The notes under the pieces are model-generated. The model was not told the origin of the DNA. It searched no databases and was given only the letters and a program-made list of their open reading frames with translations. A stretch of 62,104 nt of DNA, filler included, from Asterionella formosa (taxonomy: Eukaryota), in the NCBI GenBank assembly GCA_002256025.1. It is 15 parts of 15 records of this genome, joined end to end, with 100 filler letters (N's around TTAATTAATTAA, not from the genome) between each part and the next. Parts side by side here need not be neighbours in the genome. Positions count along the whole stretch, not along the records: positions 20,795 to 24,840 come from NKIB01013750.1; positions 24,941 to 28,984 come from NKIB01013751.1; positions 29,085 to 33,126 come from NKIB01013752.1; positions 33,227 to 37,268 come from NKIB01013753.1; 11 more parts are not named here. One strand, given 5' to 3'. Shown here piece by piece: positions 22,910 to 35,431 of this stretch (the stretch's first letter is position 1; every line of letters starts with the position of its first letter). The position numbers and the translations under genes were made by a program.

Positions 22910-24840
22910 ATGACTGAAGACAAAGGTGAGACCATTCGCCTTGTGAAGTTTGATGGCGAGGACGCCAATTGGCATGAGTGGAGTGTGAAGACACTTGCAC
23001 CAGCCAAGACAAGAGGATTCAAGAATGCCTACATGAAGGATACCAATCCATGAAGCGATGCTGTCTACGAAACTACAGACAAAGACGATGTCAAGAAAAT
23101 CTACGAGATGAACGACCGCGCATACCAGCTTCTGATTATGAGTTGCACTGGGATTGCGTTTGGTTTGGTTAACCAAGCCAAGACAAAGAATCATCAAGAC
23201 GGCGATGCATTCCTTGCTTGGACCTACCTCAAGGCTCGCTATGTTCCTAATGCTACAAGCGACTTAATCCAACTGTCAGGACAGTTCAACAAGTGCATCT
23301 GTGAGGGGAAGACGCAAGACCCAGACGAGTGGTTCATCCAACTCGAGTTGTTGAGGAATCGAATGGCGACGATTGATTCTGCTTACGAAAAGAAGGATCT
23401 CGAGATGATTGCCCACATACGTGATAAACTACCTAAGGAGTAATCAGAAGTGGTAACAATGGTTGAGGCTATGCCCTCCCTAACACTAGAAGACCTTAAG
23501 GCCAAGATACGTGCGTTCTTCAAACGCAAGTTTAAGAACGAAAAGTCGGATGGCGAACTTGCTCTTGCTGCCTTTGGAACTAAGTTCAAAGGACTCTGCC
23601 GCTCTTGCGGCAAGCAAGGACACAAGGCAGCCGATTTTCGAGTCAAGAACAAGACACACGGCGACAGAAACAGGCCTCCTCCGAAAGGCGTCAAGTGTTT
23701 CAATTGCAACAAGCCTGTCGGACATATCGCAAAAGATTGCCCTGAACCCAAACGAGAACGTACTACAACGAAAGAGACCGGCATGTTTGTTGGCATGTGT
23801 ACGATTGACTACGAAGACATCGAAGCAAACGAAAAGAAACAAGATATGAATGACAAGTACAACGAGAACGACGATAAAGAGTGGACTTTTGTCGGTATTT
23901 GCGAGGAAATTATTGATGATTGTGATGTAAAATTTAATAATAAAGAGTTTTGTGACTCTGCTGTTGCTCCTCGCTCTATTGCCCTACAGGAGAATTGGGT
24001 CGCTGATACTGGAGCTACCGCCCATATCACAATGAGTGACGTCGGTATGACAAATGTACGCCCAGTCAGTGTCACAGTTGTCGTCGGCGATGGCTCGGAA
24101 ATCAAATGCACAAAACGCGGTGACATCAAGCTCACCAACGGAGAGAAGACTTTGACATTGAAGGATGTCCTGTACACGCCTAAGTTTCACAAGAACGTCG
24201 TCAGTTTGGGCGTCCTAATCCGTGACGTTTTTGACCTTTCAGTCACAGGGTCTACAATGACAGTTAAGAAAGGTCGTGGAGGACATATTTCATTTAACAG
24301 AGAGACCAATGGAGTTCTCTATTATTTTAAAGAAAGTTGCGCGAGTTGTGCCGATGTCGTATCCATGATTATTGCCCCATTGTCCCAGGGGGCCGATAGT
24401 ACCAAAAACTTGTCTACAAACACCCATACAGTTATGAGTGGGGAGGACAAAATGAAGTCACAGGATATCAACCAGGCACACGATATCTACGGGCACATTG
24501 GGGAAGCCGCACTACGTGCTACCTTCAAAGCACTGAAGATAGAACTTTCTGGTACCCTCCGGTCATGTGACGGATGCTCTAAGGCAAAGGCGAAAGCAAA
24601 AGCAGTTTCAAAAGTGTCGACTGTACAGGCCGAAAAACACGGTGAACGGATTTTCGTGGACACTTCAGGGCCGTACAAAAAGTCCATTGTGGGAAGCAAT
24701 TACTGGATACCGGTACTTGTTGTCGATCAATTCTCTGGAAAGTCATGGAGTTTTTTTGTTAAGAAGAAGAATTTACTATCCAAAATTGTGGACGAGCTAC
24801 TTATCAAGCTATTTGCAGCAAAATATGTCATCAAGTATCT
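22910..24840 (+). mobile_element. Nested Copia gag-protease-integrase ORF with two premature stops, truncated by the contig end
   Basis: MTEDKGETIRLVKFDG..., two zinc knuckles, WVADTGATAH, HDIYGH...CDGC and FVDTSGP. In-frame stops at 23051 and 23441. Confidence 0.9.
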
Positions 24841-25329
24841 NNNNNNNNNNNNNNNNNNNNNNNNNNNNNNNNNNNNNNNNNNNNTTAATTAATTAANNNN
24901 NNNNNNNNNNNNNNNNNNNNNNNNNNNNNNNNNNNNNNNNGCGGAACTTTGCCTTTTCTGGTACTAAGCAGCATGTCTCTGGAGTTGACCGAAGTACCTG
25001 GGTAAATAAGCAAACAAATCCCCATGTGTCCCCTGTGTTGTTTAAAACAGTAGAATAAACTAAAATCGAAAAGGAAGAAAAATTCAGAAAAGAATATTCA
25101 AATCAATGGAAATTTGTGCGTACGTACATAGATTCCTTTTTGAAATAGGTAAATATATATAGTGACACTATACATCGCAATATGTATATATGATACCACA
25201 GATTTTGTTTCTTATATAGTACTACAACCCGGCGGCTCGGCAAATATTTAAAAGTGCAATCCACGAGTGGTAGCAGGTACCAGTCCCACACAGGCTTAAA
25301 CAAGGTGCAGTTAGTTGCAGGAATAATGG

Positions 25330-28300
25330 ATCCAGGGTGGACCCAGTCTCCGGAACAAATTAAAAGTCAGAATCAAGGAAGCTGAATCTGCTCTCCATCA
25401 GGCGCAACAAAACTCCTTAAACCTAAGAAAAACGGACATAGAAACAGATATTGCTGCCTTAGAGGGTTACGCATCACAGGAGGTGCGCCAGAAACGCAGA
25501 ATACTGCGGGCCATCCTTCAGGCAGAACACTCCAGGGAAAGCTTTCACAGGATTAAAAGAGTTTTCAAACCTAGAACAGCGGGACTTCTGGCTAAAGTGG
25601 TTCTGATTCCAGTTCAAGCAATGGATGGGACAACCCTGACCTGGACAATGGAGTTCGAGTCTAACAAACTTGAGTCTGCTGTCCTAAATCATTGTCACAA
25701 CCAATACAGAAAGCATTATCATCCCAATTCGGTCATAGCACCATGCAAGATCTACTGGGATTCAATGGCGTCTCTGAAACCGCAACACAAATCCTTGCGG
25801 GCACTTTATTTGACAAGCTGTACCAGAAGGAATGCGGAATAGTCTTCCAATTGACACTGAAGTCACGGAACAATCTTTTCGCCAAGGAATCAATGGCTGG
25901 AAAGAATCCACGTCTACATCACCCAGTCGAAGGCATCTAGGTCACTACAAAGCGGCTTTGCAAGATAGTCAACCGACAGGAGGGTATCAAATGATGCTAA
26001 ATATTCCTGTTCAGCACGGGTTTGCACCCACTCGCTGTTAAAATGCGGTCTCAGTGCTTCTGGAGAAAGACCCAGGCCAACCACAGATATCTCGCCTGCG
26101 CATAATACATCTGTTTGAGGCTGACTATAATCTCTTCCTCAAACTAATCTGGGGCAGTAGGCTGGTGTGGCATGCGGAGGACCATGGCATACTTGGGGAT
26201 GATATGCAAGGATCCAGAAAAAAACAGAAGCACCATGGACCTACTCTCAAAAAAGGTTTTGAGCTACAATATTGTACGACAAACACGCACAAACATGGCA
26301 ATATTCGACAATTGACGCGGCTAGCTGTTATGATAGGATACTAGTCAATTTGGATATGGTTTGTGCGCGTAGACTGGGCATGCCAGTTGCTGCCATTCTA
26401 GCTCATTCTGAAACTTTAAGACAAATAAATTACACAGTCAAAACTGTGGATGGGATATCAGAAGACCACTATTGTGGTACAGAAAGGCAATCCTTTGGCT
26501 GGAACAGGTCAAGGCAGCGGAGCATCTCCAGCAGTATGGCTTTCCATATGCTTAGTTATCATCTCTGCATACAGTCGGTCAGCCCAAAGAGCATGAAATT
26601 CTCTGATCCTACAGGCAACATAGTTTCCACTAGATTTGTGGATGCTTTTGTGGATGACAGCAACACCTCGGTGGGCTTTACCTCTCATCCCAAAGAAGAA
26701 CAACTGAAACCTCCCAAAATGCTACAACTACTACAGGATTGCGCGCAGCTCTGGCAAAATCTCCTTTTTGCATCGGGAGGTGAACTGGAACTAAGCAAAT
26801 GCTACTACTATATGCTCCATTGGCACTGGGACTCGCAAGGATATCCAAAACTGTCCGAATTCTCTCCTCACTTGAAAAATCTGGAAGAACACAATTTTGG
26901 CGACAGGAATTATAAAGCACTCACTTTTTTCAGGAAGAGATTTACACTCTGTAGGAACAAATCAGCAAAGATCAGCTCAAAGATACTGGGGGTAAAGATT
27001 CCAGTCAACAACATATGGACAGATGAGATTCAACGGCTGAAAAAAAAAGTGACAATCATGCGATTCCGACCATGTCACATAAACAAAGGCATATGAACGC
27101 AAACATATCTCATAGGATGGTATGGGCCGGCCGCACAACAAACATACTCACTTCCTATCACCAGTATTCCAAGCAAAGATCTGGAGGAAATCCAGAAGAA
27201 ATCGAGAAGAGTAACCCTAGGCAAACTAGGGTTTAATCAGAACTTTCCCAGGTCAGTTGTCGAGGGAACCCAGTCACGTGGGGGCCTAAATATGGTGAAT
27301 CTGACAATAGAACAGGTAATCAAAGGGATACAACATTTTCTCCATCATCTGTATGCACAAGACTCGATTGCGGACATGATGAGGATTTCAATTCGTCTCT
27401 CGCAGCTTGAATCAGGCAGAGGGGAGGGCATTCTGATGCATCCGGAGCAATCAAGCATCCTGTATCTTACTCCCACCTGGATTACAAATATGAGGTTGCT
27501 CGTTCATGGCAACGCATCATTTAAGCATAGAAATGACCTCTCCATGGTTCACTCCGCTTCAACGTCAACACAAGAGGTATATCATGGAAATATTTCAAGA
27601 ACAGCAAATAGGTTGTTCACTCAAACTTTTTCACATCAATTGTTGCAGAATTTAACTCCAAGTCTCCACAATGGCAGACATAACGACGGCTTATGGGAAG
27701 AAACTCAGACGCAATATCTTCAAGTGTAAGCAATCTAGGGATAGAAAATCGCGGTTGCTATGGCCTAATCAACAACCTGAGCCCACGGACCAACAGAAAG
27801 CAGATTGGAAAGCGGCCCTGGCGTCATGCCTATTAAAATCCTCTCAAACTAGTATGGATTTGCATCAACGACTGGGTAAATGGATTAGGCCTCCAAATTT
27901 GGCGTGGAAATTCTACTACTACCAAGAGAAAAAACAACTATGGTGCAGCTCACATAACAGGTGGCTAGTCCATGACTATCTGAAATCAAACAGACTCTCA
28001 GTATCCTTCCACCCTGAAGGGAGCATGACACAACAAACTCTTCCACTGAAAGCGTGCCCACGAGATGTAAACAAGGATTGGAAAATTGTCTATCGATACA
28101 TAGATTTTCCCCAGGTCACAGCTCCAAGCGCGCGATCAACGTTTCGCGATTCAATTCTACATCTTCCATCATTTCAAAAACGGTTACTCTACAATGTTAA
28201 AATGAGTCCTGCAAGTGAATCCAGGCTGACACGACACGTTCAACTGGGATTGAAATGTAATGTGGGGAAGGACGGCTCCTTCAAAGACAGTGCAGCGTCA

Positions 28301-28984
28301 TATGCATGGTCACTCCACCTTCAACGTGCCCCTAGGACCATTCCCTGGGAAACGGTGTGTTGTGCAGGCCCTGTGGATGGAGAAGCAAAAGAAGGGGAAC
28401 AGCTCCACACGAGCAGAACTTTCCGCAATAGCTTCGTCGATGAGCTTTTTCGCGGAATTCATCAAATTTCATCAAACTTCATGCAATCACAACAGAAAGC
28501 CAGCTATGCATTTGGAGAGACAGTGAAGTTTCTCTCCGCAGAGTCAAGTACCTCAGCATGATTAAGTCGCTGGGAAGACCACCCCCAAATGCAGATATTG
28601 TCTCTTTCATTTATCATTTGATTCAGAAGCTCCCTCTGCGAGTCAAGCTAGACTGGGTTCGCTCCCATCAAGACGAAACATCGAAGCAGAAAACACCACT
28701 CTCTTCAAGTGCCTTATTGAATGTCAGAGCAGATTCGATAGCGTATACCTTTCTGGCGGAGCATCCAATCCAAAATTCGGAGCACTTTCCTCACATGAAT
28801 GCTAGTCTCCTGATAGGTAAAATCAGAATACATAGCTCAACGGCACACCAAATACACACAGCAATTCAAGAAGAAGCATACAGGGAATTTTTCGTTCGCA
28901 AACACAAAATTACCTTTGTCTATGATAGCATTCATTGGGAGGCATTTTCAAGTGCATTAGGTAAAACGACACACCAGAAAAAAA
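25330..28984 (+). mobile_element. Degenerate non-LTR retrotransposon, RT plus RNase H (Ambal-like)
   Basis: RT motifs STSPSRRHLGHYKA, LLEKDPGQPQISRLRIIHLFEADYN, DAASCYDRI, GTGQGSGASP, FVDD and ASGGELELSKC. RNase H motifs DGS, GPVDG, SSTRAEL, WVRSHQD and LNVRAD. Many frameshifts. Confidence 0.85.
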
Positions 28985-29379
28985 NNNNNNNNNNNNNNNN
29001 NNNNNNNNNNNNNNNNNNNNNNNNNNNNTTAATTAATTAANNNNNNNNNNNNNNNNNNNNNNNNNNNNNNNNNNNNNNNNNNNNGTAGTCAGAATTGAGA
29101 GAGTTAACACTTTCATAATCTGATCTGGAATCAGGAATCTCTAATATGTTTCAACACTATATATTACACTACCGGTACTTAATATGTTATATAGCAATTA
29201 CTTGTCTATATGCCTGATACATATTACTTACCGGTACTGTTATTTCGCATTGTATAAAATAATAGATGAAACTATTTGTAATCATAATTATATGAATATG
29301 AATGGAACTAAAAAAGAATCCTTAATATGTCCATATAATATATAGTTTTTAAATTCTGCTGTGCATCACCATGACACAT

Positions 29380-30335
29380 GTGGGCCACTGTTAAGAAGTA
29401 TAACTACCACAAAGCATAAGAAGGTTTGGATCATCAAATTGATTGCCAGTCAAACATAGATAACCAATATCTTTCGAAAGTGCAATCCATATCTCATCTG
29501 GTGCTGTATCTGAGAAGCTATTGTAGCTCAAATCTAGATATTTGAGATTTTTCATTCATCCAATCTCTGAGCGAGGGAAGTGTGCCATTGAAGAAATTGT
29601 CAGACAAATCTATCATGACTTCAAGACTTGTCAAGTCTCCAATCTCTGTTGGAAGTGTGCCAGCGAAGAAATTGTCAGACAAATTTAGAACAGTGAGACT
29701 TGTCAAAAGTCCAATCTTGGGCGGAAGAGATCCATCAAGTTCAGAAGAAAAAGGTCCCAAATTAGTGATAACACCCCCACTATTGCAAATAATGTAATAC
29801 CAGTTACAAAAATAGTATCCAGAAACAATTCCATTATCTGACAACCATGCATTGCTTGAAAGTCTTGAAAGGTTTCACCAATGGCATAATTAAACACTGC
29901 CAAGGCATAGAATTTGCTGACACTATTATATACTGTCGACTCCAACCATTTCAGTGCCTTTTGTTGTGAGGATCCATCAGTTTCAAGTGCTGCTCCATAA
30001 TCAAATGAATTTTCAGCCAAGAAATTAAACAATGAAAATGATGAAGGTGATGATGTAGGTGATGGTGTCAACAACAATGATGAAAGTGATGATGAAGGTG
30101 ATGATGTAGGAGATGGGTCTGCTGGCCGTTTGGGCTTCCCTTTGACAATAGCAATGATGAAAACTAAGATGCCAATCATCACAAATGTTGCCATGACTCT
30201 CCACCTCCCTTGAGGCCGACGCTGGGCTTTTTCAACTGCTTTTTTGTCAGCAATGTGTGACTGTATGGTATATATCATGTACCATGTACCAGTACTCATT
30301 TGCAACGATATTTGCAATGATGAATCTGTGAGCAT
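29380..30335 (-). pseudogene. Membrane-anchored leucine-rich repeat protein, frameshifted
   Basis: TM helix, SPTSSPS linker and SSQQKALKWL, then LDGSLPPKIGLLTSLTVLNLSDNFFAGTLPTEIGDLTSL in another frame. Confidence 0.7.
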
Positions 30336-31581
30336 ACTATATAGGCTACACCCAGATGTGATTCACACTTTTGACAATATAACAACTAGCTAGGTCAGTA
30401 TGTTTGTTTAATGCACAGAGCTAGTGTATTGTAGCATCTAGAGTTTGTATTGTACCTGTCGATCCAAAAACTAACAACCACTACTACTATTCCTCCTTTA
30501 CTGCTGCACATCTACCAACACTTACTACACCTACACCTACTATGTTTAAAAGTTCAAACACGTACTCTAGATATGGATAAATAAATTCTCAAAATGTCTT
30601 CATCAGTCATGCAAAGTTTTCATAGTACAAGATGATGCATTCTGTATTCTGCACAAGTTTATATTCCGGTATTGAATATTTACAAAGATATTTATAGACA
30701 GCGGTAGACTAAACGTGTGACTAACTATATAGTTTTTTATCATATGCACAAAAGCCCCTTTCAAAACCATATTTTATTGCTCATATAGTGCACATATCAC
30801 GAAGGGCATATGTACAAACATATATTATAATGGACAAAGGTTCCGGCATCATGGTGATGATTTCATGTAGAACTCAACGACATCAGTTGGTATAGAAATT
30901 ATATCAGATACTAACTATGATGGACAAGAGTCAAGAATTACAATCACGAGCGACATCATACGACATGCACGCAAATGAATGTTATTTTTCCATACCGGTA
31001 TGCCAACAGGTATATATATAAGCCCTTTCATCACTCCCCTCAGTCCAATCGTATACATTCGGGTAGTCCAATCGTATAGATTACCATCATCATCATGCAT
31101 CATATGTAGCTGCTATATGTACCGTATATTGGTACCGATTTTATGAGGGTGGACAAAATTTTCGGCATCTTCCATCTATCAATCATTCAGGAGGAATGAG
31201 TTGAGTAGCATTCTACGACAAGTGGTAGAGACACTATTTTGGCAGAAGGGCTCAAGAATTACTTTTCAATCACCACGACGACAAGAAAAGGAGTTTTAAC
31301 ACGAACAAGAAAGTCGCTCGAATAAACCAACAAGAAAGTATCTCGAATAAAGAATAGACAACTCTCATTACATTCAAGACGACATTGACAATGTTTCGAA
31401 GAAAAGTTCGAAGGAAGACAGAAACAGAATTGGTTTGACTACACTTGAAAAGGTTTGTTTTTGAACTTAAAATAACTAATTCGCAAAACCCGTAACAGTA
31501 CGAGAATACCCAGACTATAGACCCTATTGTGAAATAGAATGTACAATAATTAAAAAACGATTATTAGTAACATACATAAAT

Positions 31582-32664
31582 TTATGCAGGCAATCCAATA
31601 CGCATGCGCATAGTACCTTTCTCCTCTTCTGTGAGAGGGAGAAATCCTGCAACAAGTAGGTCAGCGGTACCTTGAGAGGAAAATGCATACTGAATGTAAC
31701 TGCTGACCACGCCAGTGCTTTGGCTATTCACATTCATGTACAGCGGCATAGTGAGGGGCTTGTAAAGATCCTTTGTGATTGTGTTGATGGAAGGGAGATA
31801 ATAGATACCAGTGCTGGGGTTCTTGATCTTGAGGGCACTAGGCAAGGTCCTGGAACTGCCCGAACCCATAATCTTATTGTAAGTAGTGAATCGAAGATAT
31901 CCAACTCCTCCTACAGTGCTTTGAACCATTGACATGATGTTGTTCTCAGGAACGCGGGTAAAAACAGAGCTGCGAAACCCCTCGCCATTTCGGTTATTTA
32001 TGAGGATTTTTCTGAGGAAAAATTCATTAGATTCAGAAGAGACAGGACCAACAAGTTTGATCAAAGCATTAGGGCAGGCAGTAAAGAGACGGTTCCAGTT
32101 CTTAGCTGTTCCTGTCGTGCCCATGAGTTCCGAGGAAGACCATCCGGTGGAGGTCAACTGGTTGTCAGTGTAGTTGCTGAAAATCCAACGGAGTTGTCCA
32201 ACAGTCAATCCACCGGAAAGGCAGTTACTCAGTGCGGCATGAGCAACAACGACAAGAGCGTCATAGGCGCCCGTAACCTGATTTCCAGTACGAAAAGAAG
32301 TACGGGAAGAACTACGGGAACTGGCAGCTATAGGAATAGGAATCGGACAAGTATATTGAAAAGAAGAAGTGCTAAAAAGGGCTTCAGTGGACTTCCAGTC
32401 ACGGGATGTGGCATAAATGTCGATACCAGCAGTGGAGCTGCAGGCAAGCTCAGCACCGGCCCCGGAGTCGTCTACTTCAACAATCACGCTAGCCTTTGGG
32501 CACCTTTGCTGGAATCCAGCTCCCCAGGCGACAAAAAGAGGTTGAACAATGGTGGAACCAGAAATCTTGATGACAGAGGGTTCGGAAAAGCAAGTGACAT
32601 TATCGAGTGCTGTCACTGCATGCATGGCCAAGAAGAAGGTGGCGATCAAGGAGAAGGCGAACAT
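31582..32664 (-). CDS. Secreted PstS-like phosphate-binding protein
   Basis: Signal peptide, IKISGSTIVQPL, SGAGAELAC, DIYATSRDWK, AYDALVVVAH, QLRWIFS and YKPLTMPLYMNVN. Intact 360-aa ORF. Confidence 0.8.
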   Translation of the reverse strand: MFAFSLIATFFLAMHAVTALDNVTCFSEPSVIKISGSTIVQPLFVAWGAGFQQRCPKASVIVEVDDSGAGAELACSSTAGIDIYATSRDWKSTEALFSTSSFQYTCPIPIPIAASSRSSSRTSFRTGNQVTGAYDALVVVAHAALSNCLSGGLTVGQLRWIFSNYTDNQLTSTGWSSSELMGTTGTAKNWNRLFTACPNALIKLVGPVSSESNEFFLRKILINNRNGEGFRSSVFTRVPENNIMSMVQSTVGGVGYLRFTTYNKIMGSGSSRTLPSALKIKNPSTGIYYLPSINTITKDLYKPLTMPLYMNVNSQSTGVVSSYIQYAFSSQGTADLLVAGFLPLTEEEKGTMRMRIGLPA

Positions 32665-32770
32665 GTTGATGTTGTCTTGGTTGGTTGCAATACTGAGTTA
32701 CACCACCATTTTACCGAACACTGAGGTCGCTGTGTTAAGTTTGTTCCAGGCAGCTAGGCTATTGTTATTG

Positions 32771-32805
32771 TTAGGGTATTGTTAGGGTTAGGGTTAGGGT
32801 TAGGG
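32771..32805 (+). repeat. Short interstitial TTAGGG array (4 tandem copies plus 1)
   Basis: TTAGGG at 32771 and four tandem copies at 32782-32805. Confidence 0.85.
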
Positions 32806-35065
32806 CTAACAGTTCATCTATTTGCAAACGACCCGGTTGTCTTGACAAATATTCATAGTGCACTCTAGTAGTGGTACGCCTATGTGAAATGATAATCTTC
32901 TACACCCACCACCTTTGTAATGAATAGGGTTCCGTTTATTTTTTTTAGGCTACGCTTATGCATACTACTGCTCAAATATATCTAGATGTTCGTAGTTGGT
33001 GTGGAGGAGAGATGGGTGACGAGTTCGTGCAATCGGGTTGAGGACAACGTAATTACAAGTAACTGAGGGTTTAATTAGATTATCTATTTCTGTTGTGTAT
33101 CGGATATACCGGGATCTGCGCACTTANNNNNNNNNNNNNNNNNNNNNNNNNNNNNNNNNNNNNNNNNNNNTTAATTAATTAANNNNNNNNNNNNNNNNNN
33201 NNNNNNNNNNNNNNNNNNNNNNNNNNACCAAGTCCAGTCACCACCAATTCATGCATTCAATCCATCATGGAAGCCACGCACACTTTCCTTGCTTGTCTCA
33301 TATTTTCACCTTTCTTTTTCCTGTGAGAGTTGATCCATTTACGTCATCCACACGGCCAAAAGTCAATGAGTCAACAGTAGCTACAGTACACTTCAGCCAC
33401 CATCCATATCTTGGCCTTTTCAACACGAAATAAATTATAAATAATCAGATCCCACCTTTCAAACTCTAGCCATTTTGTTGGCATAGTAATAAGATGCTAT
33501 ACCCTGTGTGAATCCTCGGGATGAACCCATCGAGAGAACTCCGAGTCAATCCACTACTTCTGCCCCTTGATTGCTGTGCGTGTGAGCTCGTGGATAACAA
33601 CGGAACTACGGAATGATACATTTCGAAGTTGCCACTGACGACGTTAAGTCTTTCCCATTGTCTTTTTCAGAGCGTTGTAATGCATTGCTTCTCTATTGTT
33701 AGTTAGGCAGACGAACCAGGTACTAACTAGCAGGCATAAACAACAAGGACTGAAGTAGTGGCTGGCTGCTGGAGAGAAGTGAGAAGCACAAGTGAAACGA
33801 AAGAAAATGTGCTGCGTACTACAATCAATGGGCTCAGGGCTCAGGGCTCAGTATTATCTTAGTACGGTAGCCTACGTGTAGTAGCTATCCAGCCAATCAT
33901 TTCCAATGTATCCATGGCCCAAGGTCAAGGTATATGAAGGTGAAGCAAGGAGAGGGTCGCGATGAACTGAGGCTGTGTTCTTTTCTTGTGCTCTGACTCA
34001 GTGGCAAATATATTGAGTTACAAGGTATAGAATGATTTAACAGTACTGTATATAATGTTTGTTCACGTAGGTCTAGGCACGGCATTATTATTCCGCCCGC
34101 GGTAATAAAAGGTATACCTGGTACCAGTAGAGTAGCATTCTGGAGTACGAGGTATACCGGTACCGGTAAGTGCATACCGGGATTTGAATTATTTTATCTG
34201 GGTGCAGCCAGAGTTGGTTATTATGTAATCTGGGTTCCCTTCATGGGGAAGGCAGTTTTTAGTTGAAGTTTGAGAATCTTTTTGTGGCCAGCGAGTTCTG
34301 GGATGGAGAGAGTGTATGTGGAGGGTTGTAGTGGCGAGACAAACGCTTCTTGCTTTGCGTGGTTATCAGTAGAAGGGAGGGAAGGATGGTGGGGAGGAAG
34401 ACAGCGAGGTGGGGTAAAGGGTGCCAAAGGCGTTGGGAAAGAAATCGCATGGCGCTTGAAATAAGCTCCTAGGCGGGGCTGTCCAGCGGTAATTGCTCTT
34501 TCGAGCTTTGACTTTGAGCTTTTGCAAAGGATTTCTTCAAGGAGGAGTCGGAAGAAAGGAGATGTCGAAGTCCATGGGACGACCATCGGAAGGAGTGGTG
34601 GGGGGGGGGGAAGAGCGGCGGCGGAGGAAGCGCCACACTTGTAGTAATTACCTGCAATCTGATTTCCAGTATGGAGGTGAGCTTTTTGAATGCTCTGTGT
34701 GAAATTCTGTATGTCTTTTCGAAAGCAATCTTGTGATCGCTCAGCTTTATGTGTGCTTTCTTTGTGGACTTCATTGTTTGGATGAGTCATAGTGCCATTT
34801 GTGGCGTTGCCTTTGCCTTCTGGATGAGTGTTATTGTTCCTCTGCTTCCTTAGCTAAACGACAGAGGAAGAAATCCAGATCGCTGCTGTCATCATCTGTT
34901 CCAAAACCAAAATCATCATTGCTGTCAAGTAACTCAAGATGCGACAATATGATGATTCATGCAATGGTGTGTTTTAATATATAATACAGTATAAAATAGC
35001 TTCTTTGTTGGTTAGCTCGCTTTCCGAGGTGGCAGGAATCGACCTGCTTTAGTCCCTTGAGTTAT

Positions 35066-35149
35066 GGGTGGTGAGGCAGACAGCAAGCTCTGGGGGGCCA
35101 AGTGTGAGGGTGGTGAGGCAGACAGCAAGCTCTGGGGGGCCAAGTGTGA
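35066..35149. repeat. Exact 42-bp tandem duplication
   Basis: GGGTGGTGAGGCAGACAGCAAGCTCTGGGGGGCCAAGTGTGA x2. Confidence 0.95.
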
Positions 35150-35431
35150 CTTCACAACCTCCACAATTGTCAAGTTGTTTAACAATAAAATTTACTTAAT
35201 AATTTTAGGAAAAAGATATTTCGTCCCCCTATTTCGATATTTCGTCCCCCTCTTTTTATTAACCCTTAAACCCTAGCCTACATAGCGCCTTCATATAAAC
35301 CACCAATTATTTTTTGCTAGTACACGGAAATCAGTTGGCTTGATGACACTGCCGTGACGGCTGCTACTCATACTACACATGCACATCATTGTGTTCAAAT
35401 TGACTCTGATGGCCTCAACCAAAGCCCAAAT

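Noticed and set aside
34221..34984. Overlapping 60-189 aa ORFs
   Set aside because: Low complexity with no recognisable motif; possibly a decayed gene but unsupported.
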